NCBI RefSeq assembly: GCF_018350175.1
Contig: NC_058368.1
Location: forward strand, 224,938,001-225,002,000
Length of the DNA stretch: 64,000 bases
Source: Felis catus
Taxonomy: Eukaryota
Reading direction: 5' to 3'
Part shown: positions 1 through 13,453 of the stretch, one piece after another
How the letters are laid out: each line of letters begins with the position of its first letter
Position numbering within the stretch: position 1 is the stretch's first letter
The notes under the pieces: model-generated
What the model was told of the DNA's origin: nothing
What the model saw: only the letters and a program-made list of their open reading frames with translations
The model's database searches: none
Made by a program: the position numbers and the translations under genes

Positions 1-1032
1 CATGGGATTAGAACCAGAGAACTGTAAACTGGGATGTAAATCATAACCCTTCTGATCCCTGATGTTCTGAAAAACATTAATAATATTTGTCTTCCCTTTA
101 GTTATTTCCTAAAAAAAAGCAGTCTACTTTCCTTGTCGATACAGCTTATGTCCCTGCAAAAGAGTTCTCTAGATTTCAGTCACGTGATAGCTTCTGCTTC
201 CTTTGGGGGATAAAAAATTAAAAAGCTTTCGTGCTGTGTATTTTCTCAGCCTCATCGCAGAGTTAAGTAAGCTACCATAGAGTCCTGAACTTGAGAATTG
301 AAAATCTGGCAACCAGCCCAGAGCCGGTTTCCAAAAAGCAGCAGCTATCCTGGGCCCGTACAAAGGAGATGGTTGCCCCAGCAACAGTTTCTGATAAAAG
401 AAAATATGGCCGACAGGTACACGTCCAGATTGCTCCAGAAAGAGGAAAATGGCTCGGCTGCTGCAGCACTCACGAGTAAGGAGTCCTTTAGCAAATCTCG
501 GCTTTTAAAAGCGAATCCCTTCATTTCCAATTGCAGGCATTTTCCGTGTAATCTAGATCAAGGTCATGATCAATGTATTTCAGAATTCGGCATTTTGTGG
601 TGATTACTGAGAATGAATGTGCCTCCCAACGTAAACGCAGCCACCACAAATGATTGCCAAGACACATCAGCTAACTCAAAAGGCCACTTTCCAAACAGAT
701 TTGCTCAAAATAAGCATTGATTTGTTTTTTTATCCAGTCTTTAATTAAATTCTCTGAGTATGCCCCGGTTTCTTTCTTATTATTGCACAGAACTATGACT
801 TTCATGTGAAACCTTCAAACTGCTCAGAGCTTTCATTATTTTAGTTTACATAATGATTTGCAATTTATGCTGTCGTATTTTTTTTTTATAAAAGACTAAA
901 CATTGCTCAGTGTCCTGTTCTTTTCGCTGAATACTTCCTGATAGAATATTTTGCAGAAATAACCTTAGGGATTTTTGTCAGAGGCCCTAAAATGGTTGTG
1001 GTCAGTAATACTGTTTCTTTGATTTGATTTTA

Positions 1033-1255
1033 TGTTTTTTTTTTTTTTTAAGTTCATTTATTTTGAGAGAGAGGGGAAAAAAAAAACACGAGTGGGGGAG
1101 GGGCAGAGAAAGGGAGAGACAGAAATCCCAAGTAGGCTCAACACCACCAGTGCAGACCCGGCTGATGTGAGGCTGGATCTCACAAATCGTGAGATCATGA
1201 CAGGAGCCGAGATCACGAGTCAGATGCTGCACCCACTGAGGCACCCAGGCACCCC
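1033..1255 (-). mobile_element. Can-SINE (SINEC, felid/carnivore tRNA-derived SINE)
   Basis: Poly(T), GA-rich tract, then body ending ...cacccaggcacccc (reverse complement of the SINE 5' end GGGGTGCCTGGGTG). Confidence 0.93.
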
Positions 1256-2140
1256 TGATTCCTTGATTTTAAAGCATTTTTCCTGAAAAGCCTGCAAAGC
1301 TTGCTTACTGGAGAATTGGATTCCCTAAATGTACACTTCAGATTGATCTATGTATAGATTTACTATAATTTCTTAGTATAGACCTGGCTATTCACTCCTA
1401 TAGCAATCAGAATCTCAGTAAGAAGGGCACACATAAGCCACTGCTCAGTGAACCGGTTTGTAATATATGTCCTTTCGCTCTGCACTCCCTCCCTTAAATA
1501 GCCAGTTTTATTTCCAAAGTTCTGTGACATAAGGAAAGAGACCTGTGTTCTTTTAGGACATCCAGGTCCTGGTGCTCATGTTTCTATTAGCTTATGAAAT
1601 GGCATTAGTAGGGCTCTTAGTCTCTTGACGTTTTGGAGACAGCACGATGCACTCCATGCAAATGACCTCTACAATCCCTGGTTGTGCTGTTCCAGGAAAG
1701 GAAGCTCACATTGTACTGTGAGCACAAAACAAGGTTCCATTTGGACCTATCCATTAAATTTTGATTCAGTCTTCTTTATCAAGTTTTCTTTACAATTTTT
1801 TTCCTGCATAAACACTCCACCTTTTCCTCAGCAGATTAAATTACGACCAGCTTTAAAATTCTACGTAAACGGTTCATTTTATACACTGACTGAAGAACTC
1901 CAGTCGACCCTATTCAGGGGCATTTAATGCTTTTTCATCTGGCTGTTACTTGGATTGGAGTATGAAATCCCTGGGACAAATCTAAAAACGCACAGAAAGA
2001 ATGTATCGATTGCCTCTTAACAATGTGGAATAGCAAAGGGTAGGATAGAGCAAAAATAAACATAAATAGTTATTCTTGACAAAGGGGCATACTAGGGTGA
2101 TTTCAGGGTTTTTCGTGACTAACTTGAAGGGTCCTCGAAT

Positions 2141-2848
2141 ACAGTGTTTCTAAAATCTGAACAGAAACATTTTAAAGGAAAAAAAAATATTAATCCATTC
2201 ACTTGCCATTGATTTGCAGTACTTTGGTCATACCATGTTTATAATGTGTAAATGTGTATAAATATAAAACTAGGTATAAACATCTTATGTTCAGAGGACG
2301 TGGTTATAGAAACAAATCTACAATTTCAAGAGCAACCCAAACTGGAAAGCCAATAAAATTAAAATTAATCTTGTTAATTTAATGTGGTGAATCATCATGT
2401 GTAGAAACTTGACGTTTGAAATTTGAATAATGTACTACTATCCCATCATGGTTTTAAAAGCATCTGGCATGCTCACGCTACCCTGGCCATCTGCTAATTC
2501 AGTTCACCTACCATTTTTCTCTACTCGTGTGAAAGCTGTATTTGCGTAGCGCTTCATGACATCACTTGGCCTTTACTTCTGGGAAAACATGGTGTAGTTT
2601 CATGGCCTGTTGTCTTTGGTTTGTTTTTGTTTGTGTTTGTGTTTTTTGGTTTTTTGGGGTTTTTTTGCTGGCTGATGTCCATCATAGATGTGATCGGTGC
2701 CAGTGCGATCCAAACCTTAACAAAACATGAAGGGCAGTTCTCGAGCAGTCATCCGTGTGACCCAACCTATGCTCATATGATCCAACATTAGTTTTTTTTT
2801 TTTCTCCGTAATCATAAAATTAAAAACAGAAAATCTGGAAATCACTGT
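2141..2848. mobile_element. Possible old hAT-Charlie-like DNA transposon remnant
   Basis: Begins cagtgtttc and ends gaaatcactg (short Charlie-like TIR pair). Interior not assigned to a family. Confidence 0.3.
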
Positions 2849-3049
2849 AGAATATTCACAAAACCCCAGCTGGATAGATAGAAGCCTACTGGATGATTAT
2901 GTCCAAAATAAGTTACGCCTTTCTTGGTTTCCAAGGTAAATATTCCCATAACCCAATCTCTTCACATCCTTGCACTGTTGACTGAATAAGCAAGCAGTCC
3001 CGCTCTATTCTCCCCTTCTGGCCTCCCCATGAGGGTCTGAGAAGAGCCA

Positions 3050-3438
3050 AATTCTCATTTTTGCAGACTCCTAGGTAGGGATAGCAACATGATGCTCTGT
3101 TGACCAATGCAATGGAATTTGGATTTGCTGGGAATGTGTCTTGCTTTTCTGATAGAAGTGATGGATATGAATGAGAAATTGTTTTTACACCCTCCTCCTC
3201 CTTGGTTCTGCCATGATAAGGACTTTTTTAAGGAAAAAAAATCCTGGAGATACCTCAGACATCTCATAGCCATGATGGGTCAAGACATTAAGTGCAGCAG
3301 AGAAGAAAAACAAAGAGATTCTGTGTCCTCGGTGATTTCTAGGTTTTTTAGATTTCTTGTTAGGTAAACAACATATGCCCATATGTTTTAAGCCACTGTT
3401 AATCTGCAGTTCTATTTCTCACACCCAGAAGCACCTCT
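3050..3438 (+). mobile_element. Old MLT1-type (ERVL-MaLR) solo LTR, degenerate
   Basis: MLT1-like motifs 'tgaccaatgcaatg', 'gatttcttgttaggtaaacaa...tgttttaagccactgtta'. Confidence 0.55.
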
Positions 3439-3789
3439 GCTCCAGAGACACTATATCATCGTCCAAATCCCCTAATTTTGTATTAGATGAAAAATAATCA
3501 TAGGGCACGGTGTTGGAAACCTGATGAAATATACCCTATTTATTCCATGGGGTGTTTCACATGACATTTCATGTTTTATGTTTCAAAAGTTTATGTCCTA
3601 TTTGCTAGTTTTCTTGGTCCCGATATTACTTACTTGTACTAGTGTATAATGTTGATAGTAACTTGCAGTAGGAAAAATGACTCTTTTTTGCAGAAGTTGT
3701 TGGAGTGGTTTGTCATTTGTCCAGTCCCTGCATACACTTCCACCCCAACCCATAGAACTTTCTATTGTATCTTGACACTGTAATTACAC

Positions 3790-4220
3790 AGTTGCCTTCT
3801 CTCATGTCTTAGGTGTGACAAACCCTCTTCTTCCTGGGCTTTGCATATGCTGTTCCTCTGCCTGGAGTGCTCCTTCTGATCCACTCTTCCTACCCCTCCA
3901 TCACCTCCAATTTAGCCTTCAGATCTAACCTAAAGATTTACTTCCTCCAGAAACCTTCCCAAAACCCTGCATCTAAACCAGGTCTTTTGGTGTAACTCAC
4001 AAAAGCCATGTTCCTTTCCTCCTGAGCGCTTGTATCAACACGAAAGTCACGTTTGTTACTGTATGTGAGTGTCAGACTCTCCCACCAGACTCTTAACTTG
4101 AAACCTGTTGGTGTTTTGCTCATGAATGCATCACTATACTCAGTACAGGGTTGGGTACCTGCTAGGCACAGAGCAAGTATTTGTTAAATAAATGTGTAAC
4201 TCAACGAATGAATAAATAGA
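3790..4220 (+). mobile_element. L2 LINE 3' end
   Basis: 'ggctttgcatatgctgttcctctgcctggagtgctc', 'cttcctccagaaaccttccc', tail 'ttgttaaataaatg...gaatgaat'. Confidence 0.8.
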
Positions 4221-6049
4221 CAAATGGAAAACCATGGGAGTAAATTAATGATATTTCAAAAGCAGTAGGTATTGAAAACTGAGAGCCTCTACCGGTCACA
4301 AGAAATCTTTATTTCTGTGTGTGCATATCAGCACTACTAAGTTTCAGATCCGTTGCATGGATACACGCATTTTTATTCGTTTGGCAATCCAGTGTGAGTG
4401 CCGTGGCAATTCAGCAAGGCACATAAATGAAATTATGATTCTGTACCTTAATGTACAGAAAATTAGGTTCTCTGTGAAGCATGTTAACTTGTCTATTACT
4501 TACCAATTAAATTTATTTTCTTCGTGCTGTCCTTTGCTACAACTAACCATGTTTATTTTAGATGCATCAGTGTCACCGGCAGGGATTGTTTTAGAGGTCG
4601 TACGCTTTACAAAATAAAAACTAAATATCCTACCTAATATAATTTAAATGCCACAGGAAATTTTATTTCTGTTGAGAGTCTGAATCCCATGAAAAGAATG
4701 AAGATTTTAAAATTTACAGTTACCAGTGCAAAGAATTCTCACTGAAAATTCTTTTGTAAATTTCTTCAGTGTGACTCTTTCTTCCAGTATACCAGTTTGC
4801 TGTCTTAAATGAAAGTCAAATATATCATTGTTGAACTTGTCCCTTTTACAGATAACTCTGAGACCCTTTACCTAATTCTTGGAATGAAAAGAACATTGTG
4901 ATTACTTCTTCTAATCGCTTTTTAATATAAAAATCAGGAAGGATAAGAGGTAAACTAAAAGTTGAAGAACAGAAAAGTTAAGATGTAAAGTTGAAAGAGT
5001 AATGCTTGCAAACTATATATTTTTAAAATTAGCAGTTTATGTTTTATTCAATATTAAGCTACATGTGTGGGGAGATAATTCAAGTGGATGTGAAGAAAAT
5101 ATTTGGCATAATAATTGGTACAGGAAAACAGAACACAGTTGTTTTATTTTTTATTTTATTTATTTACTTACTTACTACTTACTTATTTACTTCTATGTCT
5201 CCACATAAATTTGCCACTGGCTTCGTTTTTGTGACATAAATTAAGGCCATATTTAAGGACCACATACTGAAAGCTAATAAATCCCCTTTTCATTTCATAA
5301 TTGTAAACTTTTTTCTGTTGGTCCTGATTTTAAAGACCATCCAACTGGCTGGGTATTTTTGTTGGAAAAGCGACCCATTATTCAACACTGGTCAGATATC
5401 CCCATATTAATAAAGTCAGTTCCTGTCAATATACACTAAATTATCAAATTGTATAAAAAGTAACTCCTGCCACCCAGGAAATAGAACTGATCCATCAAAA
5501 TAAATAACCACTAATTCAGAGTAAGTCAACTGTACATATTGACTCGATAGAAAGTGGAACCATTAAGACATGTTATCTTACAAGATGATGTAGTGGTGGA
5601 GGTGATTGAAGGATGTACCCTTGAGAACATGGGTGTTATGAGCTTTATTATAGAAAAAAATAATAGGCTTTAAGAAAGCTGGATTTAATATGAAAAGCAT
5701 GGGATTTACGAGGGGAATAATGGGGGGAAAAAGAATTCATATTTATTCCAACTCAGTTGCAGACCAACCATCTCATTGGCATTTTACTGCCATTAAAGGG
5801 CAGGTGCATCTGTGGTGGGATAAAAACACGTCATTTTAAGAAATTAAAACAAAGCTCATGTGTCTGGAGGGGAGAGTCGGGGAAAGGGAAAGGCATTAGA
5901 TTAGGAGAGCAAGAACAGCAGACTCCAGAAATTTCAGGGCTTTGTTAGGCCCTGATGTGGCTCTTATGATGCTTAAAATAATAGGGTGTCATTGAAAGGA
6001 TTTAAACAAGTGAGGGACCCAATCAAATGTATTTATAAGAGATTATCTG

Positions 6050-6820
6050 TGCAATTACCATGCTGTTCAACAGTTGCACTTTTAGGCATCTGATTCCAGA
6101 GAAATGGATATTTCGGTTCACACAAAAACCTGTACCCGGACATTAATTGCGGATGTATCTGAAATAGCCATAAACTGAAAACAGCAAAAATGGCCCTCAA
6201 AGCTTGAAGGGTTAAACAAACTCTGGTCCATCCATATCATGGAATACCACAGAGTGCTATTCAACAACAATAAGAAGAAATGAACTCTTGATACAAGTAA
6301 AACTCGGATGAATCTCAAGGAAATGATGCTAAATGAAAAAGCCAGTCTCAAGAGGTTACACACTATATGATTCCATTTACATAATTTTATTAAAATGACA
6401 AAATTATAGACAGGACAAGAGATTAGTGGCTGCTGAGGTTTAGAGACAAGGGAGAAGTGGGTAAAGAAAAGAAGTGGGTGGGTATAAAAGAGCAAAGATA
6501 AGGATTGTGTGGTGATGGAACTGTTCGGCATCATGAATATGATGGTGGGTGAGAAACCTACAGATGTAAGGTTGCAGAGAACTAGACACACACACACACA
6601 CGCACTCACACACACTAGTTGAAGTAAAACTGGGAAAATCTGAATAATACTGGTGGATTGTATCAATGTCAATATACTGGTTCTGATATTGTACTATAGT
6701 TTTGCAAGTTTCGTAAATTCCCATTAGTGGAAACTGGATAGATGGTGTGTGGGGTCCCTCTGTATTATTTCTTACAATGGCATGTGAGTCTACAGTTATC
6801 TCAAAAAATAACTTTTCAAA
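6050..6820 (+). mobile_element. L1MC-like LINE-1 3' end (ORF2 C-terminus remnant plus 3'UTR)
   Basis: 'cacacaaaaacctgtac', 'catatcatggaataccac', 'ctatatgattccatttacata', internal (CA)n, 'gattgtatcaatgtcaatatactggtt', 'tctacagttatctcaaaaaataa'. Confidence 0.85.
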
Positions 6821-7413
6821 GGTTAGAGCGATTGCAATGGCAAGAACGGGTGCTGGGAGAGTTGCTGGAGGACTTTTCATTTGCTCAGGATTCTCTACAT
6901 CTCATGCTAGTTTCAGTTTCCCTGAAACTGCTAGGATTAGCATGTACCAATCTCAGACTTGTGACTCTGTATTTTCTGTTCTGTGTACCTGTCTTAGCTC
7001 CCTAATAAGATATAGGAAGCTTCTAAAGACCAGGACCTGTGTCTGATAAAACAGTGTAACTCCTATGACGGCCAGCTTCAGGCCTTAGATGTTGTCAGTT
7101 CTGTATTTTTAAAGGAATTGCTATATGTATGTGCACATACTAGGCGTCCACAGCCCTTCATAACAGCAAGGCTTGGCTATAATTAGCTGCTACAGAAAAA
7201 TCTATCCTGATCCTTTATTATACCTTTGTTATATAATAAACTGGTAAACATAAGTAAGTGAAAATAAAATAATTAATTGATTGATTAAAATTACAGAAAA
7301 GATGAAGGCTATTCTTCTTGCTGTTAGGTTTGAATAATGTTCACTGGGCTGCCAATTGAAGTGTTTATTTGGATCATAGTCCATTGACCCTAAAGTTAAA
7401 AGGGTATCTGGGA

Positions 7414-7612
7414 GGGGCGCCTGGGTGGCTCAGTCAGTTGAGTGACCAACTCTTGGTTTTGGCTCAGGTCATGATCTCATGGTTCGTGGGTTCCAGCCCT
7501 ACACTGGGCTCTGTGCTGATGGTGCAGAGCCTGCTTGAGATTCTCTCTCTCCCTCTCTCTGCCCCTCCCATGTGTTCTCTCTCTCTCTCAAAATAAATAA
7601 ATAAACTTTAAA
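7414..7612 (+). mobile_element. Can-SINE
   Basis: ggggcgcctgggtggctcagtc start, (CT)n, aaataaataaataaa tail. Degenerate TSD taaaagggtatctggga / taaaagtgtcttggaa. Confidence 0.95.
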
Positions 7613-8194
7613 TAAAAGTGTCTTGGAAAGCCCCCATCATCTCTCTCTCTCATTTTTACAGAGAAGAAAGGTCACGTGACCTTCCCAAAGACCCACAGGC
7701 CAAATGCAGCTGGGAAGCAGATAGTGACTAGGTAACACAAGAGGTGATTGATTTTGAAGAGCATTGGGTTAGGAGAAACTCATCTCAGCAAGGGATTAAA
7801 GTTGTTTCTTGCTGGCTAAAAGCAGATCGCTGAGTTGGCATCTCCTGAGCAAGACTGTATATATTTATCAGCAGATAATTGCTAGGTTTCACAGTGTCTG
7901 AGGACCTCTGTACAAAGCCTTGAGAAAACCAGAGAAACCAAAGAAATCATTGCATTCCCCACATACTTGAGTGACGGTCAGTTCACCTCTTGAAAACCTA
8001 TTCTGAGAGAAAATGTATAGCAACAATAAAATGTCTACTTTATAATTATAAGCAATTTTCTTATTTTAGCATAAAGGAGATTTGAGAGATGCAATGTCAC
8101 AAATGCTTCAGGAAACTAAGAAAACCAGCACAGAATTGTTACAGAAATAGTAAAAGACAGTATCAGAATATAGGGGGGTATTGTTACATAGATA

Positions 8195-8309
8195 AATGGT
8201 TTTCATCAAACTGCATACTAGAATCACTTAAGGGTTTTAAAAATATCAGTGTCCATCCCCCAAATTGAAGCAGAATATTTGGCTTGGATCTTAGCCTTGT
8301 TATTTATCA

Positions 8310-8345
<36 letters not shown>

Positions 8346-8417
8346 TATTATCACTATTATCATTATTATTAAAGCACCTTAGGGTTTCTGATGTTCACAC
8401 AGGTCTGAGAACCACTG
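8195..8417. mobile_element. MER5-like hAT-Charlie MITE containing an internal (TTA)n microsatellite (8305-8370)
   Basis: 'tagaatcacttaagggttttaaaaat', end 'ctgatgttcacacaggtctgagaaccactg' typical of MER5A. Confidence 0.65.
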
Positions 8418-10354
8418 ACATAAACCAAAGGTATGATTATACATTCAAAATATCCCATTGTGTCCAGAAAAACACTTTGTTCTATGTATCTTTCTCTAAT
8501 TTTTATGAAGTAATAGACTTCTTGTAGATCAAATTTCATGAGTTATTACTTCTAGTCATTGCCTGGAATTCCAGAATCAAGATGGAAAAAAGTAGGTATC
8601 AATCCACAATTGTTATTTGGTGCAAGGCAAGGAAATGATTACAAATATAAATATTCCAACAAAGGCTGTATTATCAAAGGCACGAAGAGAAAAATAAACC
8701 CAGCCCTCATTTTTTTTTCTGCTCATGGTTCTGGACCCCAAACTGAATGAGTCCTTTCAAGTGGACCTGGTTCAAAGGTGATAACATAGTCTTAAGACTA
8801 GAGGTCATCTTGACCTTCTTCTTTTGAAAATGGTTCTAAACCCAAGACTATTTAAGATGGCACTAAATGTGTTTTCCAGGGAAAATAAATTATATAAACT
8901 ATTATAGCACTCTTTTATGACATCCCCAGGTAATATTACAAAGAGCACTCTATCAAATAGTACCTTGAATAAGTACTTGCCTCCAAATGGGGGAAGGGAC
9001 CAAACCTTTGAAACAAAAGAATGCATCAGCATCATGGCACGGTGAGGCCATAACCAAAGAACCAGAACACTCCCGAGATAGAAGGAAAAATGAGATCTTT
9101 GAATCACTGGATACCAAATGCATTCTGAGTATCACCAACTTTCTGGGATGTAAAAGGGACTTATGCCCTGGGGAATGATTGCCAGGGCTTGTCATTTTTT
9201 CCTTCTTTGCTGTTTGGGAGAGCTTTGAGGTATAAGAAAATGGAAGTAGTCTGAATATGCTTGATGGCAATAAAATGAGAAACAGCTTAGAAATCTGTTA
9301 TACCTTTGATATGTCTGCATTTCTCCTTAGAAGCATGAGTCACAGTTAAAAGTTAATTCATTCAGTATCTCTTGAATCCCAAATAAGTCCTTCGGGAGTG
9401 TGGGAAATATGAAGATCATTTACAAAGATTTGGTGACCTTAAATAGCTCACATTCTAACGAAGAAATGAGAATAATGATTGCAGAAGTATCTGTCTGATT
9501 AAACGCTGGATGTCGAGAGGATTCCAGGTGTCAGCAGCAGTGGAATGAGGAGGTAGAAACCATGAAAAATGCACGAGTCTCTGAACTAGCCCACCCATTC
9601 CTTGTGATGTCATTTTCCCTGGAGTAATGCCAGTCAGTGGTACACAGTTCACCTTCATGGCAGAGACGTCTCTATACCAGAAGCTAAAGATGGAACAGAA
9701 ACTTTACCTATATTGCATGGGTTCTCTCAACAAAATGATGGATAGTGGGATTCAAAAACAAAGTCTCACGTGTTAGTTCATCTTTACAGGCTGGAAGTCA
9801 AGCCATGGAATCTGGTCCTATGCCTTGTCCAAAAAAGTCTACCTTTCAATTGCCTTGCACTCTTATTACCATCAATTTGGAAGAGTCTCCCACTCTAGTT
9901 GTCCAGAATGCAGACTACTATGGAGACCCAAGCAGTAAGACCTAAACATCTTTTTTAAGTAGTAAGAAATGCCCTTGAGAAAGACAACAGGGTTTTAAAG
10001 TCTTTATTATTATAACACCAGATTCATGAGAAGCCACACAAGAGCCCTGGATATGGATCAAGACCTGGAGAGCCAGGCAGTGAATGGTTAAGGGTCTGAT
10101 AACTTATCAAACTAGCAAAGACTTCTTAAAAAATTGTATTCAATCCACCGTTGGCAACAATTCAGGAGAAAAAGCAATAGCTTCTTAAGCTATCACCAGA
10201 AGTTTGGCAAGATCCATCAAAATGCTAATGCCCATACCTTTGACCAGAAATTCTGTTCCTGGAAACAGAATCCTAAGAAAGTCCTGAGAAAGTAATGAGC
10301 AAATGTCTGAAGATGACTGTGGAATTTTACCCATCTTGATCTATATGTGATGTT

Positions 10355-11022
10355 CATAAAACCTTGGTTTGTGAGCATAATTCGTTCCAGAAACTTGCTT
10401 GTAATCCAAAACACTTGTATATCAAAGTGAATTTCCCCATAAGAAATAATCGAAATGCAGATGATTCATTCTACAACCCAAATACATTCACATAAAAATA
10501 ATTATAGTACTGTAATATAATACAAAATAATAAAGAAATTACAAAGTAAAATAAACAAATGAACCTACACTTACCTTTGAAAACCTTCGTGGCAGGTGCG
10601 AGGTAGACAAGAGAGAGGAGGGTTATTGTGTAGGACGACTTTCATGATCACTAGTGGGATCACTGCCATCTATTGGAATCTTCTGCTAGGGGGCCATCAT
10701 ATACGATTGCACGAATGTTGACTAAAGTACAGTACTAATAAACTCTTATCATATACTGTATTTAATGTCACTGGCAATAAGGCATCAGAGGAAAGGGTCT
10801 ATACCTACAGGCAGCCTGATCTAGAATGAAGCAAAGCATTCCTAAGCTCACTCTTGTATGGAAAAACAAAGGACTGTCCATAGGTGCTTTGAAGTGACAA
10901 ATAATACACCCATGCCAGTTGTGGGCACCTTCCAGCGTTCTAAAAAAAATCACTGATTTCTGCCAAACACTGCTGCCTTAGATTGAGCATCTGATCATAG
11001 GAGACAATCACCCACAATACTG

Positions 11023-11062
<40 letters not shown>

Positions 11063-11214
11063 CATTGGCTCAGTTGTGATCATGTGACTTTTGGCATCAC
11101 ATACTATTTGTACTGCAAGACATCACCATTTATCAAGTTAAAAATTGTTAGAAATATTTGCTCATCTTGTAGAACACTCACAGAACAAGTTACTTGCAAT
11201 CCAAGATTTTACTG
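10355..11214. mobile_element. TcMar/Tigger-type non-autonomous DNA transposon (~860 bp)
   Basis: Imperfect TIRs: left ca(g)taaaaccttggtttgtgagcataattcgttc; right end reverse-complements to cagtaaaatcttggattgcaagtaacttgttc and is followed by TA (11215-11216). Internal (GA)n at 11027-11061. Confidence 0.8.
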
Positions 11215-11319
11215 TACTTTAACTCCCATCAGGAGGACATGAGTTATATAAATTACGAGAAGGAGAACAGAATCTTAGGTAACCAGTAAAAAGCATGTTG
11301 GTCATTTGGAGCTCTTGTG

Positions 11320-11630
11320 TACATGCAAAGATGTAAATGACACTTTTTGTGATCAAGTTATGATGACAAAGAACAGAATGCATAGTAAAATTTCATTTTT
11401 AGTTCATTAATGTACATACACAGAAAATCTCCAGTGAGCATAAAATTAAATATTTAAGAATATATAATAAATGATTAGCAATAATTATCATTGGGCATGC
11501 ATTTCACCTTGCGATATTTTACACCCTTCAGTACACATTTCTAGTTTTACTTCTTTTATTTTATATTTCTATATTTTCTGAAAATTTTTAATAATGACAC
11601 AGTATTTTATTGTGACAAAATTAAAAAAGA
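11320..11630 (+). mobile_element. Ancient L1ME-like 3'UTR fragment
   Basis: 'aacagaatgcatagtaaaatttcatttt', 'ttctatattttctgaaaatttttaataatgacacagtattttattg'. Confidence 0.45.
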
Positions 11631-11919
11631 TTGAATTCTGTTTTTTTTTTTAACTCTTAAGTTAACAGGCTTTAGTAGTGTGTGGTTGTCAGGGGTCAAG
11701 AACAAGAAAAACGTCAAGAATCCCGGGTGCCATGTTGGTTACGAACCGGCAACCAGATAGTGGGGTCATGAATTTTATAGTAAAGCAAAGGCTGCCAGCC
11801 TTGACCAGGGGTCACATACATTCTGGGGAGAAGCTAAATATTAAAGTACTTTCCACAAGTGAGGTACGTTTAGTAAGCATCTAGCTTTACCTGAATTATG
11901 CCTTATTCTACTTGCTCTC

Positions 11920-12800
11920 CCTGTAACTTTTGACACTGTTAATCATACCCTTCTTCCAGAAGTCCATTCTTCCTTAACTTTCAATTCATCACACTCTCCT
12001 GCATAGTGAAAAGGTAACTCCAGTGTCTGATTTTTTTTAGATTCTTCACTGGTTCCTTTTTGTTTTCAAAAGTATGTGAAAATAAATATTCCCTAGAATT
12101 TTCTCCTTAACCTATTTGTTATTTTATTTTATTTTTTTTTTGCACTGTTCCTGAATAATCTACTTCACTGAATCTACTTCACATTCGGTTTCATGTGCTT
12201 TTCAGTAGCTTTGTCCCCCGACTTTAGGATCCAGACCAACGTCTCGGTTTTGAGCTCCTATCCCACATACACATCTGCTCTTTGGACATTTCCAATTACA
12301 TGGCCCACAGACTCTTAAACCAAAGTAACTACATTACCCACCTACACCCTTACACCTGCACACACACAAACACACACACTCCAGCCACACGTTATGTTTC
12401 TATGTTTTCTTATTGATGAACAATACTGTCATCAACCTCTCCAAATACGAGACTTCAGAGTCCACCTCAACTTTTTCTCCCTTACTATTTCACAAAGTCC
12501 TATAAATTCTACCTCCTAAATATCTCACCCATTTGTTCTCTGCTTTCCTCCTCCACTGCCACTGCCTTGGTGGAGACTTTCTTTATATTTATTTGTTCTA
12601 AGAATCCTTAAATGGCCTCCAACCCTTCCGCGAAAATAGGCTTTCTCCCGAGATACATACCGAATCATGTCATTCCCCTATTTAAATTCTTCATGGGCTC
12701 CTTGTTAACTTCACTTTGTCATGACCTTTTCTTACCTTTTCAGACTCACCTACCCTTCATTCCACAAATAACGTCGTGCTCTTAATGTCCCCTAAAAGTA
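11920..12800 (+). mobile_element. L2 LINE fragment
   Basis: 'tttgacactgttaatcatacccttcttccagaa', 'caaagtcctataaattctacctcctaaatatctc', 'atcatgtcattcccctatttaaattcttcatgggctcc'. Confidence 0.75.
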
Positions 12801-13229
12801 TTGGACTTCCAATGTTTCCATACATCTTTTATGCCATCTACTTTCACGATTGAACTTGTCAGGGGCCCGTGGAGCCCCTAGAAAGTTAACCATGAGCGCT
12901 CTACACAGGCACCATTCTGTATCAAGGGAGTTATTATTTGGGAAGCTTGAAATGACATAAGCAGGTGGGGAACCAGAATTCTTTTCAAGAAAGAACAAGA
13001 TCAGTGTAATTAAGGAAGCCCATGGCAAAGCGATATTGCCCATAAGGAAGGGGAAAGAAAAGATGCAAATAGAAGAGGTTAATTTGTGGTCAGGATAGTT
13101 CAAGGAAAGAAGAAATAAGGTTCAGAAAATAGACATTGGCTAGTAGTTCAGACTTGAGACCATAAATTGACAATCGGTGTTGGCAAGGCACTTTTATTTG
13201 GAAGCTAGGTCCTTTCAAGAAAATGAGGA

Positions 13230-13453
13230 GGGGCGCGTGGGTGTCTCAGTCAGTTAAGCATCAGACTCTTGATTTCGGCTCAGGTCATGATCTCACAGTT
13301 CCCGAGATGGAGCCCTGTGTCTGACTCAGTGCTGCCAGTGCAGAGCCTGCTTGGGATTCTCTCTGCGTCTCTCTCTGTCTCTGTCTCTGTCTCTGCCTCT
13401 CTCTCTCTCTCTCAAAATAAATAAATAAATAAACTTTAAACCTATTTTTAAAA
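13230..13453 (+). mobile_element. Can-SINE with perfect 13-bp TSD
   Basis: TSD aagaaaatgagga at 13217-13229 and 13454-13466. Full body with (CTCTGT)n/(CT)n and A-rich tail. Confidence 0.96.

Noticed and set aside
6118..6880. Longest ORFs (184 aa and 146 aa, minus strand)
   Set aside because: Antisense translation of an L1MC-like 3' end including a (CA)n repeat; no protein-family signal.
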